A DNA stretch of 64,000 nt from Calcarisporiella thermophila CBS 279.70 (GCF_041956535.1 NW_027192208.1:149036-213035); one strand, 5' to 3'. Shown: positions 47,663 to 60,861, numbered from the stretch's first letter. Notes: generated from the sequence alone by a model not told the origin. Translations and numbers: made by a program.

Positions 47663-50032
47663 TCAGTCGGCCTTTATCTCTCGCCCATGCACCCGAACTC
47701 GATATAAACACGTGTAGCGCGAATGCCCCCAGTTGCTCCGTATCCGGACTAGCAGGGTGTGGACGGCGTTCTCCTCGCGCTGCAAATGCACCGGCACGGA
47801 GAAGGTCTGAATCGGGGATTTCGCGTTGATATCATATTCGAACTCGGCCAAGAGGCGCTTCTGAGCCGGGCCCTTCTCTGGAGCTCTCGCCTCTCCCCCG
47901 TCCTCTCCCTCGCCCTCCGCGTCCTCCAGGCTCCCAGCATTGAACACCCCCCACACCTCCACTCTCCGTGGTGCACTCCGCAGATCCAGCGCAACCAGCC
48001 TGCTGACGTGCTCAAGGGTGATTTCCGTCACCACAATGCGCCTCGATAGCAGCACGCCCAGTTGGCCCTCCGCCCCCTCGAACGGCCAGCACTTCCCCAC
48101 GCTGGTGTCGGGGTGAAGCGCAATCGCCGGCGGTAAGCCCTGCACAACGCCGATGCCCCACCACTGGGCCGCAAGCTTGCCAAGCAGGTGGGTCGGCCGC
48201 GCCGTGTAGGTCTTGCTCGTGAGCGAGTGGATCACACGGCCGCCTCCCGAGTAAAGTGCATAGTCGGGACGAGCGATCACGTCGGCCGAGTATCGCTGCA
48301 GTGCCTCGTCGATCATCCTCGAAACCAGCCGCATCACGTCCACATCCCCCTCACCACCCGCCACGGATGAATAGGGGCTGTCCTCGCTCTTCAGCTTGGA
48401 GTCGATTTCGCGGCGGAGCGCCTCCATCTCCTCCCCAAGCACCTGTAGGAATTCGTCTCTCCCAACGACATCCACCTCCGGCACGACCAGCCGCTGCACC
48501 AGCGAAGTGAGCTGGTGCCGGTTGCGAGCGAGGAATTCGTCCCACGACGGCAGAACAACCTCCCGCTCGCCCGGCTTGTCGTTAGGTTGGCTGGGGCTCA
48601 GGGCTATGCGCAGCTGAGACAGCCTCGCGTTCATCTGGTCATGCGACACGAGCACGTTTTTCAGCACGCGCCAGAATTCGGGTGCGATTTCGATTCTTCC
48701 CCCCGCTCCACGGCGAACGGGGACCCGCGAGGGCAGGTGCTCCGCCAGGGAGGACACGACCCGCTGCGTAATGGCCTGCGCACTCACAGCATGATCCACA
48801 TGCTTCCTCAGACTACCCAGCTCCTGCTGCATTCCCTCGAGCCCGCGCCGCACCGAGCGCGCATCCTGCGCAACCCCGCTGATCTGCTTGCCATAGGCGT
48901 TCAACTCCTCCTGGGCCGCGGCGAGGCGTTGGTCGGTAAGACGAAGCGACTCAGAGAGGGGCTCGAGGTGCTGCACATGGGAATGCAGGTCGGCCAAGCG
49001 CTTTGAGAGGACCTCGGCTTGCTGTTGAAGCTCCTGGACATCAGGGTGGGAGGTAGCAAGGGTGTGGAGTTGCTGAACCGCCCTCTCAAGGGCCTCCATG
49101 CGTTTGAACACCACCTCTGCCGACACACCCTCGTCCATGACCACCCTAGGCGGCGGAGGGTCCATCTCTTCCCCGCCTCCGCCCCTCTTGACCTCCTTTG
49201 CGAGATCTCCCTCGTTCATAAATAGCCAAGCAACCAACGCAACCCCCAGCATCACCAGCCATCCCCTCCATAGTCTTAGTTTTACGAGCCGATCTCGTAA
49301 CGCCCGCCACTCTATTTTTCCAAGCGATCGCGCCAGCTCTCGCACTATCCAAAACGCCATTAATCCAATCTTCACCCCTAACATCAGCAACCAACCGATC
49401 CATCGCTGCACAGGTCGCCACACGGGAACCTTGCGCACCAACACCAGGTTTCCATCCTCATCGTACTCCACCCGCCCTTTGCCCCCGCCATGGCTTGATC
49501 CTGCCGCTGATGAGAGATCATGAATGTCGTCTTCATCGCCGATAAAATCGAGTTCGTCGTCAAGGAAGCTTTCTCCCTCCACATAATCATCATAGCCTTC
49601 ATCCCCCTCTCTTTCAATCCCGTCCTCTCCTTCCTCCTCCTCCTCTTCTCCTTCCGAATCCGAGTACCCGCCTCCCCCCATCGACCACGATCTTCTTCTC
49701 CGACTACTTGCCTGCGATTCGTCCAGCGATATGTTGTAGTCGAGTCTCACCGCACCCGGGCTGAAATCCCGCAGGAAATACTTTGAATTCAGTCGACTGG
49801 AAGGAGGGGTGGTGGAGGCATCTTTGCGCATTTGGAGGGGAGTCATCTTTTGAGAGGAAAATAGGTGCGATCGCCGGTGCGGCTGCGTTTGCGCGGATGT
49901 AGAGGTGAATGGGGAAGTGTGTTGAAGAGTGGGAAGTTGACCTGAGGCAGCGGCTTGGGCAAACGCGGTCGCGATGTTGACGCTCGTGTACTTAGGAGTC
50001 AGGGGGGCGCGTCGTGGTTGAGGAGTGGGCAT
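47663..50032 (-). CDS. SUN-domain (Sad1/UNC-84) nuclear envelope protein, apparently intronless
   Basis: Hydrophobic TM segments, coiled coil, DYALYSGGGRVI..TS.TY, GKCWPFEG, TLEH, SAPR, SNWGHSRYTCLYRVRVHG. Confidence 0.93.
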   Translation of the reverse strand: MPTPQPRRAPLTPKYTSVNIATAFAQAAASGQLPTLQHTSPFTSTSAQTQPHRRSHLFSSQKMTPLQMRKDASTTPPSSRLNSKYFLRDFSPGAVRLDYNISLDESQASSRRRRSWSMGGGGYSDSEGEEEEEEGEDGIEREGDEGYDDYVEGESFLDDELDFIGDEDDIHDLSSAAGSSHGGGKGRVEYDEDGNLVLVRKVPVWRPVQRWIGWLLMLGVKIGLMAFWIVRELARSLGKIEWRALRDRLVKLRLWRGWLVMLGVALVAWLFMNEGDLAKEVKRGGGGEEMDPPPPRVVMDEGVSAEVVFKRMEALERAVQQLHTLATSHPDVQELQQQAEVLSKRLADLHSHVQHLEPLSESLRLTDQRLAAAQEELNAYGKQISGVAQDARSVRRGLEGMQQELGSLRKHVDHAVSAQAITQRVVSSLAEHLPSRVPVRRGAGGRIEIAPEFWRVLKNVLVSHDQMNARLSQLRIALSPSQPNDKPGEREVVLPSWDEFLARNRHQLTSLVQRLVVPEVDVVGRDEFLQVLGEEMEALRREIDSKLKSEDSPYSSVAGGEGDVDVMRLVSRMIDEALQRYSADVIARPDYALYSGGGRVIHSLTSKTYTARPTHLLGKLAAQWWGIGVVQGLPPAIALHPDTSVGKCWPFEGAEGQLGVLLSRRIVVTEITLEHVSRLVALDLRSAPRRVEVWGVFNAGSLEDAEGEGEDGGEARAPEKGPAQKRLLAEFEYDINAKSPIQTFSVPVHLQREENAVHTLLVRIRSNWGHSRYTCLYRVRVHGREIKAD

Positions 50033-51568
50033 ACAGTTTTTGTTTCGTTTGTTCTCTTTTATTTGCTCCCTCCCGATGGAAAAAAAAAAAGGAGAAAAAT
50101 GCAGCAAGTTCTAATAATTAATCTTGGAATCAATGAAATCCGATCTTGTTGTAATTCTCATGAATAAATTAGAGATCGCATTCTCTTAACACGAAAACCG
50201 TGAATAGAAAATAATAAAAAACAAAAATTCGTGTCATTATTGGGCACTAAGGTAGATCGCGTCTAATTGATTTCCGTGTTCTTCCTCTGCGGCTCGAAAT
50301 AGATAATTTTGGTGTAGATGACACTGTCTATTTGTGGGTCAGAAGTTTATACGGTTGAATAGCATTGTGTTAGCATGGCTTTGCGTTACTGACAGCTGCC
50401 CACAGTACAGGCAAGAGCTTCCTGGATGCTTCAATATACAAGTCTAAATCACACGCCTTTAGTGGCAAAGGAACTTCAGGCAAATAATAGGTTAGGGATC
50501 TATAATAAAAGAGGTTTATAAAAACTGGAGCGAGAAGAACATATACACTGTATATTAAAGCATGTCAATTAAAAGCATATATTTGGACCGCTTTAGAATA
50601 AAACTGTCTAGGATTCTATTTAGATTCCCTGCGACTCTGAATTAGGAGCTTCTGTTTGGGGAGCGTTCTATATGACTACTTTCCCACTTATGATGTTGGC
50701 ACTTGGTCGGACCGGTCACGGAAGCATAAATTACTGTCATTTTTGCATCGCTCCTTAGAAAATTCTGCCAATATCTGTTTTTCACATGCGGCCTGCACAG
50801 CTGACTAGTGCGAGAATCCCTTTGTTAATTAGATAATGGGATGAGCTGAACAAAGCTAACACGTGCTTATACGGTAAGAGAACGAGATAGTCTCGAACAA
50901 TATGAAATCGCAGCCCGTCTAAACCACCCAACTGGGTTCTACCGAGTTCAAGACGATTATCATCTATCGGCAGAGCCGCTGTATCCAACATACTCCAGCG
51001 TTTCGGAAAATAGCACCGAACTCTGAACATCTAGACACGGCAGATGCTGGAAATCCGAAAGTGCACGATGAATCCTATTTTGGAAGATTCACCGAGGCTA
51101 AAAGTGGCCGCTGTAGATTTGACAAAATGAGGCAAGTCCGCGCCGGTTGTAGAGTTTAGTGTCTTGACAATGCACTGTTTTGGTTCATATCAATTTGTGT
51201 ATATCATGTTCTTATCCAGAATTCGAATCCCAAGGAGGTCGGTTGAGTTAAATGGAACATTGTTGCTAATCGTATTTACAAGTATAGCCATAGGCGTGTG
51301 GTAAGCAAAATAGAGATGATAAAAATAGAAATAAACGAAAGACGGTTAAAGAGCGGCGCAAGTGTAGAATAAAGAATGAAAAAAAAAAAACCATGTAGAA
51401 ACACTATTACTTGTTTATGCTAAGAGAAAAAAAAATGAGGGAGTAGAAATATACGCTAGAAAAAAATAGCAAAGAAATTATCAAGTTAAAGAACAAGGGA
51501 TGCATAAACACACAACGGGACAGGGGAGATGAGAGGCTAAATTACACGTTTGAATCCGTCAGGACAGG

Positions 51569-53026
51569 TTATAGTCTCCGTCGAGGGGGAAGCGGGAGCA
51601 CCGTTCGGTCTCTTAACCTCTCCTCACCCTCGACATCCAATATCACGGAGACTCCACTGCCCATGCCAGTACTTCCACTTCTGGCCGAAAACCGGAGAGG
51701 AACCCCGCCATTGACCTGTAGATAATGCTCGACCCGACTCTGTTCGGTGCCTACTGAGCTTCCCCCATCCCTCCGCGCCTGGGGTAGGGAGCGGTCCATT
51801 TGATTCATCGAGTCCATCACCGCGTTGTAGTATGCATTTAGAGACGCGTGGCCGACGCTTGAGTGGGTGCTACTTGGGAGGATGAGGTTGGAGTTGTAGG
51901 AGCCATTCGAGCTCGCGTTGCGAGGGGGCATGGGGTCGAGGATGGAGGAGCGGCGGGCGTCGGGCGGGGTTGAGCTATACTCCTCCTCCGATACAAACTG
52001 CCGGGTGTATTCGGCCGTCTCCACGCTGGTCCCCGTCGCGGCCGACGTTTCAAAGAGAATGGGGGAGGAAATCTCGGCCGGCGGTGCCTTGCTTTCGTTC
52101 GGGGCGACGGATCTCGACCGCCGGCGCCGGCGATAGACCAAAAAACCTACGATCGAGGCGACCGCGAGGGCGGAAAAGACGGTCGAGCCGATGATCACCA
52201 CCTCGTTGTTGGGCTGGGACTGCTGCTGGGCGAATCTTTGCGGGGTCATCGCCTCGCCCATCGGACTCATTTTGTGTTGGGTCGTGCCGAGGTTGGTCAT
52301 GGGGGTATTGGTGGCCATGGAGGCATCGCTCATCATCATTTCCCCCATCGTCATTGCTCCAGGCATGACTCGCGTCGCGGGGGGATAGGGCATCATGCTT
52401 GGGGTGAAGCCCGAGGTCTTCCATGTGGAGGTTGGCCGGGCCTTGGTCGATTTGCCCGAGGCGGAGTCCATTTCCTGGTTGGCAATCGGCGCATCACTTC
52501 CGGGCGACTTCACCGGCTTGATGTTGGTGGGGGGGGTGGGGGCGCTTGTCTCGGTGATGCGGGTCATTTGTGTGATGGTGACGGTTTCTGTCGCGGTGGT
52601 GGTTTGGGTGAGTGTGTGCGTGACCTGGACGGTGCGCTCTACAGTGTGCTCGGGAGCGGGGGTCGTACTGTCGGTATTGGACATGGAATGGTCCTTCATA
52701 ATACTCGAGGACTCCTTCGAGGAGGCAGAGGGCTTGTCCGCAGATGAGTCCTTTTGTTTCTCGTCATGTTGCATTAGGCTGGGCTTGTCGCCGGTCGACT
52801 CCATAGTTTTCTCGTCATCTTTCATGGCATGGGATTTCTCGGTGGTGGACTCCATGGGTTTCTCCTCTCGCTGCTTTGCATGGGATTTCTCACTGGGGGA
52901 CTCCATTGAGCCTTCTTCATGCTGCATGCGATGAGGTGTGTCACTCGAGGGTACTGTGGTTCCTTGGTGGTGCATGGGGCGGGTTCGAGTTCGCTGCGGG
53001 GTCGAACTATGCTTTCGAAGCGCCAT
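51569..53026 (-). CDS. Ser/Thr/Met-rich single-pass membrane protein (mucin/Mid2-like sensor)
   Basis: 485-aa ORF; Thr-rich segment; TM VVIIGSTVFSALAVASIVGFLVY followed by RRRRRSR stop-transfer. Confidence 0.75.
   Translation of the reverse strand: MALRKHSSTPQRTRTRPMHHQGTTVPSSDTPHRMQHEEGSMESPSEKSHAKQREEKPMESTTEKSHAMKDDEKTMESTGDKPSLMQHDEKQKDSSADKPSASSKESSSIMKDHSMSNTDSTTPAPEHTVERTVQVTHTLTQTTTATETVTITQMTRITETSAPTPPTNIKPVKSPGSDAPIANQEMDSASGKSTKARPTSTWKTSGFTPSMMPYPPATRVMPGAMTMGEMMMSDASMATNTPMTNLGTTQHKMSPMGEAMTPQRFAQQQSQPNNEVVIIGSTVFSALAVASIVGFLVYRRRRRSRSVAPNESKAPPAEISSPILFETSAATGTSVETAEYTRQFVSEEEYSSTPPDARRSSILDPMPPRNASSNGSYNSNLILPSSTHSSVGHASLNAYYNAVMDSMNQMDRSLPQARRDGGSSVGTEQSRVEHYLQVNGGVPLRFSARSGSTGMGSGVSVILDVEGEERLRDRTVLPLPPRRRL
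52730..52935 (-). repeat. Degenerate 51-nt (17-aa) coding tandem repeat, about 4 copies
   Basis: MESPSEKSHAKQREEKP / MESTTEKSHAMKDDEKT / MESTGDKPSLMQHDEKQ; Met codons at 52906, 52855, 52804. Confidence 0.85.
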
Positions 53027-53478
53027 TTTTGAGAAAGGAAGGATTCAAATATACGAATTACAAAAACCAAGGGGAGTACGTCTAAATGCTTTTTAATACT
53101 AAATGGATACTGCCAGTGAATAAGCCAAGAAGAACCAAGTGGTCGAGAGCATTGAACGCCTCTAAAATGAATCGTTCAATCGGAAAGGGGTCAAGAAACA
53201 AGTCAAGAAAATTGAGTAGAGAGGAAAGAAACAGAAAGGGTTCTTTCAAACAGGAGGTTAATCGTTATTTTCATCCACATTAAAATTCGACACGCATGAC
53301 ACAAAGTAAAAGCATTCTTCAAATATGGCGGGACATAATAAACACAGGAATAAACCCTTAGAATCAGTGGGTTTTTTTCCCCTCTGGTGGCAAAATTGGG
53401 TGGGCCCTGCCAGTTAATAACAAATATTTGTTTAAGTGGATTCGATGGAAAAAATGAAACGCTTGGATGTCTCATCAT

Positions 53479-53526
53479 TAGGTTAGGTTACTTCTGTGCG
53501 TCGCGTTTAATGAAGACGCGTTTGAA
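53479..53526 (+). promoter_or_regulatory. MCB/E2F-like elements (TCGCGT 53501, ACGCGT 53516) in the RFA2 promoter
   Basis: CGCG-core motifs 50-70 bp upstream of an S-phase gene. Confidence 0.6.
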
Positions 53527-53572
53527 ATTTATTATTTTTTTTTTACTTCGCTCGATTTACAACTTAATCACA

Positions 53573-54880
53573 ATGTCAGGTAAATGGAATATCACGGGCT
53601 GATCTTGATGCGCTATGAAAATCTCGCGGAGCCCCATGTATTGATCCATCATTGATTAGGTAATTTTGGGTACGCAACCGGGGGATATCAGCAGAACCCC
53701 TACGATGCTGGTGCCGGCGGCTTCGTGAACTCTCCCTTCAATGCATCGCAGCCGGGTGCAGGAGACACTTCTCCCACAAGCAAAGTAGGATAGATATACC
53801 CATAGGAGACCGATCTGGCACGTGACTGACCCCTTCATGCTCCTTGTAGAAAAGCGTCACGATCCAGACACTTCGCCCCGTGACGGTGCATCAGATTTTG
53901 AACGCATTTCAACCGCACGCAGATGCTGATTTTAAGATCGACAACGTTGAAGTAATGCAGGTGAGGACGCTTTTTTGTCTACTACTATTAGGAACATGCG
54001 GGGCTGATTTTTTTGGGGGGGTATGATATTTTATTACATCAAATCGTTCGCTCCGATCAGGTTAAGATCGTGGGGGTTATTAGAAATATGATGAAGCAGA
54101 GCACAAACATTTCATATACAGTTGAGGATGGAACAGGCTCTATTGATGTGCGCAAATGGATCGATAATGAGGAGACTGAGGAGGTGGACACTGAATTAAG
54201 GTAAAGCGCATTCTCGCCCAGTTTCAGGAACAAGGGCATCTAATGGATCGAGTTAGGACGGGAGTTTACGTGCGCGTGATTGGAAATTTGAATCGCTTCG
54301 GGAATAAGCAGCATCTCGGTGTGTATCATATGGAACCCATTCGCGATTTCAACGAGGTGACATTCCACATGCTCGAGTGCATTGCTACTCATCTCTATTT
54401 CACCAAAGGCACACCGGTAAAGTGCTCCTTGCCATTCTCCCTTCCCCTCCCCCCTCGTCTCCTATCCCTTCTTCTCACTAGCTTTCTCCCATTTGCTCGC
54501 GTTGCTTAGAACACCACCTCGGCCCTGAACAACTCGATTTATAATCCCCAGAGTGCATTCATTAGCGGCAATGCAGCAGGGGACATGGGCGGCATGAGCG
54601 GCTACACGCCCGTCCAGTCAAGAATAATGCAGATAGTGCGCGAGGAGCCGGACACCAATGAGGGAACCAATGTCAATGTGATCAAGCAGAAGCTTCAGGG
54701 GCAGTTCAGTCGTGAGGAAGTACAGTAAGTGGCATTGTGGTACTAGGTTGGGTGGGTGAGCTTCGAGGGTTGACATGGGCTCTTTCAATATTCGATAGAA
54801 ATGCAATTGATTGGCTGATCAACGAGGGGCACCTGTACTCGACTGTGGATGACGATCACGTCAAGTCGACGGATAATTAA
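53573..54880 (+). CDS. RFA2: Replication protein A 32-kDa subunit, multi-exon
   Basis: [50 protein letters not shown], winged helix [12 protein letters not shown]. Confidence 0.95.
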
Positions 54881-55441
54881 GCTAGATCGATCAGGTTTCC
54901 ATTTTTTTTTCTCGTTTTCATTTTTCTATCCTTTTATTTTGAGCATATAGTATACTAACTCATGAGTGCTGTAAAAAAAAAAGAAAAAAGAAAGAAATAA
55001 AAAAAATTCTAAAATTATTGAGTGTCGAGTAAGATAATTAAAGGACGAAATTATATCATAAGGGCGGCAAAATAAAAAACATAATGTATGTATATATATA
55101 TAGAGCATAGCGCCTTATATATATAGATGATAAAGCACCCCGTCTCGTTGGAAACGGAGGGGCTCTCCAGCAAAAACAACACAAACAAACAAACAAATAA
55201 AATAGAGTAGAATAGAGTCGAGTAGAAAAACGTATTTAAAAAAAAGAATATTAAACATAGAGTTGGAAGTGAAACACAGACGAGGAAAGAGGGGGTGAGA
55301 AAGCATGGACAACAACTTTGGGGAAACCATAAACTGCCTCAGTCTTTGCAAATGAATAAAAAAAAAGAGGACCACCGAGATGGATATAAAAGACCAATGG
55401 CAAGATGGGAGGAAGAGGGGGGGAGGGCCGCCGGAAACCGG

Positions 55442-58400
55442 CTATTTCGAGGCGTGCTTGACACTCAGTCCAAGTGGCCGATCATCCTCCTCGTCACTGC
55501 CCTGCGCCATTGGATGGCCGCCTCCCGGCCCACCTCCGACCACGCTCCCATAAACAGCACCGTGCTGGGGGTAGGATCCCATTCCCGCCCCACCCATCGG
55601 CCCAAACCCTGGCCCATAGGGCAGATAGCCCGGCACCATCCCGGGCACCCCCATATTCGGCAGCATGCCCATCCCATATCCCATCCCACCCATCATGTTC
55701 ATTCCCATACCGTAGGCCCCCATCATGCCCATGTTTTGCTGCATCATCAGCCGATTCTGAAGCATCATCCACTGCTCCTGAAGCATGGCCTGCTGTTCCA
55801 GCAACGCCCTCCGTTCCCGCTCTTGCTCCTCCATCATTCCAATGCCCGCCTGCATCGGGGGCAGCGCGCTCGCCCTCCGTCCGGTGCTGCTCGTCTTACG
55901 CTCCCGCTCACGCTGATGGATGTGGCCCACTAGCCCGTGCTGCGGCTCCGGGACCTTGTTCGGGAGCTGCACAAACGGTTGCCCAAGGGCCCGTGCAATC
56001 TCAATCTGCTCCCTCGCCGAGAGCCTTTCCTCCTCCGCGCCCGATCCGGAGCCCTTGGGTGGCTGAGTCGAATAGCGATACAACGCCGGGGACATCGGCC
56101 CGCCCCCGCCCATCATGGCAGACTGACGATAGCGGGCCGACGTCTCCGCTCCATACGCGGACATGCTATCGTCGTTTCCGAATCTTCCGCTGATGGTCGA
56201 GCGCCGCATGTCAACACTTGCTGCGCTGCTCGGCATAGGCCCCATGCCGACTTGGGAGGGCAGGATGCCGCTGGACACGGCGCGGGGGCGGGACGGAGGC
56301 TCGGAATCACCATAGGCAGAGGCAGAGGAGGTAAGCTGCCTTGAGCGGGTCCGCTGTGATCGTGTCATGGACGGTAGCGCGGAGCTCCTGGCCGATTTTC
56401 TGGTGGCGTCGGATGAGGAGGAAGACTCACCAGAGGACGAGCTGACGATGGGCGGTTTGCGCGACATTCGGTTCTCAGCCCTTCTGCCCTCGGGCTTCGC
56501 ATCCTCGCCAGACTCGACCGAAGCAAATTTGGCGCCTCGCTTGTCCTTGATGGAGCTCTCGTCTTCCGTCCCGGCAGGGCCGTTGGGAGGCGTTTGTACA
56601 AGCGAGCTGGAGGCGGAGCCAATGGCCGAGTCAAGAGTGGAGCCACTGCTGCTGTTCCATTGCATCTCCACGGATTCGCCCGGCGGCTTTTCCTCCACGG
56701 CGTCCTCTCTTGCGGGGAAGATGGGATGGATGGGGATGGCGGCGGAAGTGTGTCTACGCTCGGTCCTTGTAAACTGTGGCCGCCAGCGTTTATTCTCCAC
56801 GATCGGAGGATCTTCGGGAGCCGAGGGGGGGCCGATGTGTTTCTTTTCTGGACCGTCGATTGCTTTGGCGTTGGTTAAGGGGGCTGAGTTTGTAGGCGAG
56901 GGCGAGGTTCCATTTCCGAAGGAGGACAGACTTCCCAGCGGAGACTCACTGAAGCTTAGGGGGTCAAGGCTCGGCAACTCGGGCAACTCCAGGGCGTGCA
57001 TTTTAGCGCCTGTTTGCGTGGGTAGTGCCGATCGGTCACCCATACAGGTGCTTTTTTCCTGCGACGAGGTGGCTGGGTTGGAACCCAAGTGGCTGATTCG
57101 AGCCGAGACCCCGAGCGGCTCGTCGTCACTGCTTTCGTCCTCGTCTTCATCCTGCCCCTCTGAATCACTGGCCTCGACAGCGCCACGCCTATTCTGAATC
57201 GGCCCATGCTGTGACTGTCGTGGATGCCGTGGTCCAGCCGAGGAAGCAGGCGAGAGTGGCGCGGAAGAGAGTAGGCGTGACACGATGCGACGCCGTGGAA
57301 GCTCAGAGGTGCTCTTGGTCGACGGGGCAATGCTCTTCGTCTCGTGAGAATCGCTTGGCAGCGGGGTCGCAACCACAGACGACTGTGCACGCGTTCGAGC
57401 GAATGGGTTCTTCAGATTAACGGAGTTCAGAATGGGGACGCTGTTGTGCCGGGGAATTGGTCCATTCTGTTCATGGACGTCCTCCTGCTTCACCTGGCTG
57501 GCGATCATGGTCTGACGAACAGGTGCGACAGGCGGGGGCCGGGCACTCTCCACCTGCTGTCGGAGGATACCGTCAAAGGTTTGTTTGACCTCAAGCGGCG
57601 TGATGCCGTGCATCCTGGTGTGCTGCACTTGGTCGAGAGTCAGGAAGAGGCGCGCGTATTGTTCGAAGAAGTATGGGCGAGCGAAGCAAAGTGATGCCGG
57701 GTCATAGGTGGACTCCAGGAGCTGGTGGGGACGACCATAGAGCTTAAAAGCGTCGAACAGCGTGTATAAGCTAGGGAAGGACAAAAAAAAGAGAAGCATG
57801 TTAGTGAATGCCAACAATGCGGAATGGGTTGGCACCCAAAGGGGGGGCGAGATATTCACATTTCTCCTAGCTCTTGCGTCGATGAAGCCATGAGGAGGAC
57901 AGAGCAGGGGGCTGCCCCCTTATCCTCGCTTGCTTTCCCGAGGTATTGCATCCCCTCCACCTTCGCCACGGTCGACACGTCGACCAGCTGAGGCTTCTCA
58001 GGGTAAACGGCATAGGCCTGGTGGGTATCCACCAGGGTCATCACGGGCGTCTTGCTCTTCTTGGTCTCATAGAAGGCGCACTGCCCACGCGTCTCGAAGC
58101 CCTTCCGTTTTCTCTCGCCCTCGCGGTGATCGTGCACTTCAACCCAGTATCGATGCCAATCCACGGTCCCCCCGAATCGCGCCTGTACATAGCCCTTGAA
58201 TTTCGAGTGGTATTTCTCGGCAAGCGAGCGATACACAGGCCGTTTCAGCAGGGCCGAGGTGTAAATCTCTTGCAGTCTGCCCTTCTCGAACGCCGACAAT
58301 CGAATGGCGCACGCCCACTGATTCATCGTCGCGCTGTCGGGTGCTTGAAGTAGAAAGCGATTTGACCCCGCGGAATTCAGGCTAAACACACAGTCCCTCG

Positions 58401-58956
58401 GGCCGTCGTCGTCATTAGGTATGTAGCCGATCAACTCGACGGTGGAGTCGCTGATGTTGATATAGCTGGGCTGCGCTGCGCTTTTAATCGCGGCCAACTC
58501 CTTCTCCAAGTCTCCATCGAGGTCTTGATCCTCGACCTGATTCCAGTCCTGGATCTCACCATTTGCGGGATGTTCGGTTGGCCACAATGTCATGACAGGG
58601 CCGACCAATTCGGTCCAGCATTGCTGCCATTCTCTTGCAACCACCGGCTTCCCATCTGCGTTCAGGTCGTTTCTGCGCCATAGAAACCCTCGTTTGTACC
58701 TTTTTTCCCTATATGCTTCGAACAACTTAACAACATGGACCATGTCGGATGGAGCATTAGTCTTCATTTGAGCTGCGTTCAGCACAGAGGCGCGTGCGTT
58801 ATTCAGCATCCTCAATGGCGAGCTGGAGCTCGGGTTTGAGGAGCCGGAAAAGTCGAGCAGCGGTGATGAATGTAAGAAGGCCGCGGAGGTGGGGGAGCCC
58901 AAGTTCCGCTCGGATGCTGCGAGCGGCGACGGAGCAGCTCCAGCGTAGATGCTCAT
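55442..58956 (-). CDS. Skg3/Caf120-like tandem-PH-domain protein; intron approx. 57772-57858
   Basis: DLNADGK..WQQCWTELVGPVMTLW, PSYINISDS, SLNSAGSNRFLL, WACAIRLSAFE..LQEIYT, QAYAVYPE, FDAFKLYGRP. Confidence 0.8.
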
Positions 58957-59959
58957 GACACGTTTTTAATGGTATTGGGATTAGGGATGGTGTATGTGGA
59001 GCGGAGGCGCGTGATATGCGATATGGTTTAGGTTTTTTCTATCTCTCCTCTCCAAAGAGACGCGATATGAGGTTTTTTTTTCCCACAGGGAGGTATGATA
59101 TAATGGCCTAGCAGACAGAACACGGGTTAGATCCAATTCTATGCACATGGGCAATCCCCCCGCCGCTGTCAGGAGAGAGCGGAGGAATTCGGCACGTACA
59201 ATACACGGAGATGCGGCTAACTACAAGCGAAAAGTGCAATAGTCACGACCCTGTTTCGATTGGACCACAATCAGGCCGAGTATCTCATTACACCTCTGGA
59301 CGGGAACAAGAGATCAGTGCCCATCCATACCCATCTATTTTCCCCCCCTTCGACTTAAATAGTCAACTGGGACTGAAACTTACCAAGGGTGGACGCCCTA
59401 TTGCTCCCGTATATTTAGCCTAAACTGAAACGAGCTGAATTCGAAATAACCGGTGGATGTGGATGTGTTCCGGGCGATCAGAGGCAATCGGCCGGGCGAT
59501 CACGGAAAACAAGCGAAGAAGGCCAGACGCTGATCTGGGAATGCAGGCGTGGATGAATCAATGGGCAGAAACAGGGAACACGCAATTAGCACCCAAAAAA
59601 AGAAACCTTGTTTAAAAAAAGAACACACCAAAAATAAAGGCGGGCCGAGCGCAATGGAGATGGGCGCGATGATGTCAGCGGCCGGCAATAGAGGCGGTGC
59701 AGCTAGGCGTGCTCGTGGGGAGAGGGCAAGGCGCGGAAAGAGAGCGAGGGAGGGGGGGGAGATTAAGACAGGGAAATGAAAAGAGGCCCAGAGGAAAACG
59801 TAAGGGGTATGAGTCCCTTTCCTTTCATTTAGATTGGACAAGGAGCTGTGCCATAGTCCCCCCACGCCGCAACCTAGGCGAAAAATAAAACACACGGGCC
59901 AACCAAATAAAGCACTGATTTGCCGTGTGGCCCCCTCGCTTTTGTTTATTAAATCCCAC

Positions 59960-60861
59960 ATGGAGGCTAGGAAGAAACTCGGTAATGGGCAAGGATTTGG
60001 GGCCATGCGCGCCCGTGCTTCTCAAGATCGCCGCTTGCTAATCTCTCTGCCTCCTCCCCCTCTCCTCTAGTGTTTGTGACGGGCAACAAGAACAAACTTG
60101 CCGAGGTGCAGGCGATCCTGGGCGATGCTCTCGAGCTTATCCCACACAAGTTAGACTGTATATTGGATTTCTAATTATGTTTATATATCCCCACCGTGCT
60201 CACTCTTTGGCCTCCCTCTCTAGTGGAAGAGATCCAGGGCACCAGCCAGCAGGTCTCCGCTGATAAATGCCGTCGTGCTGCAGAAGAGGTGCCTCTCCAG
60301 GATGCATTAGTCATCGAATTGCCACGCTCTTACTGACTCTTCCTATACAGTTGAAGTGTGCCGTCATTACTGAAGATACCTGTCTCTGTTTCAATGCCCT
60401 GAACGGACTGCCAGGGCCATACATGTAACCTATCTCTTCACAGCATGTTGCCTTCATGCATTGATTTCAATTGGATTTCGTAGCAAATGGTTCATGGCGG
60501 GATTGGGCCATGATGGGCTCAATCGCTTGTTGGCCGGATTCGAGGACAAAAGCGGCTATGCCTTGTGCACCTTTGCATACTCTGAGGGCCCTGGGTCCGA
60601 GCCAATTCTGTTCGAGGGAAGAACAGACGTAAGCCCAACCCTCCCCCTTCTTCACCCTCTCTCCTTTGACGCTGTTCTTTCACATAGGGTACGATTGTCC
60701 CCCCCCGCGGGTCGGCCGTCTTTGGATGGGACCCCATTTTCCAGCCCGAAGGGTTCACACAAACCTACGCCGAGATGCCCAAAGATTTGAAGAACACCAT
60801 CTCCCACCGTTATAGAGCACTAGACAAGTTGCGCACTTTCCTTCTCTCCAAAAACGAATAG
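59960..60861 (+). CDS. HAM1: Inosine triphosphate pyrophosphatase (ITPase), 6 exons
   Basis: MEARKKLV|[54 protein letters not shown]. Confidence 0.96.

Noticed and set aside
50300-51300. Possible transposon relic or small gene
   Set aside because: No terminal repeats, target duplication, or transposase/RT motifs seen
53040-53115. U12-type intron (GTATCCATT on the minus strand) adding a signal peptide to the mucin
   Set aside because: Donor deviates from GTATCCTT and I found no U12 branch site or suitable acceptor
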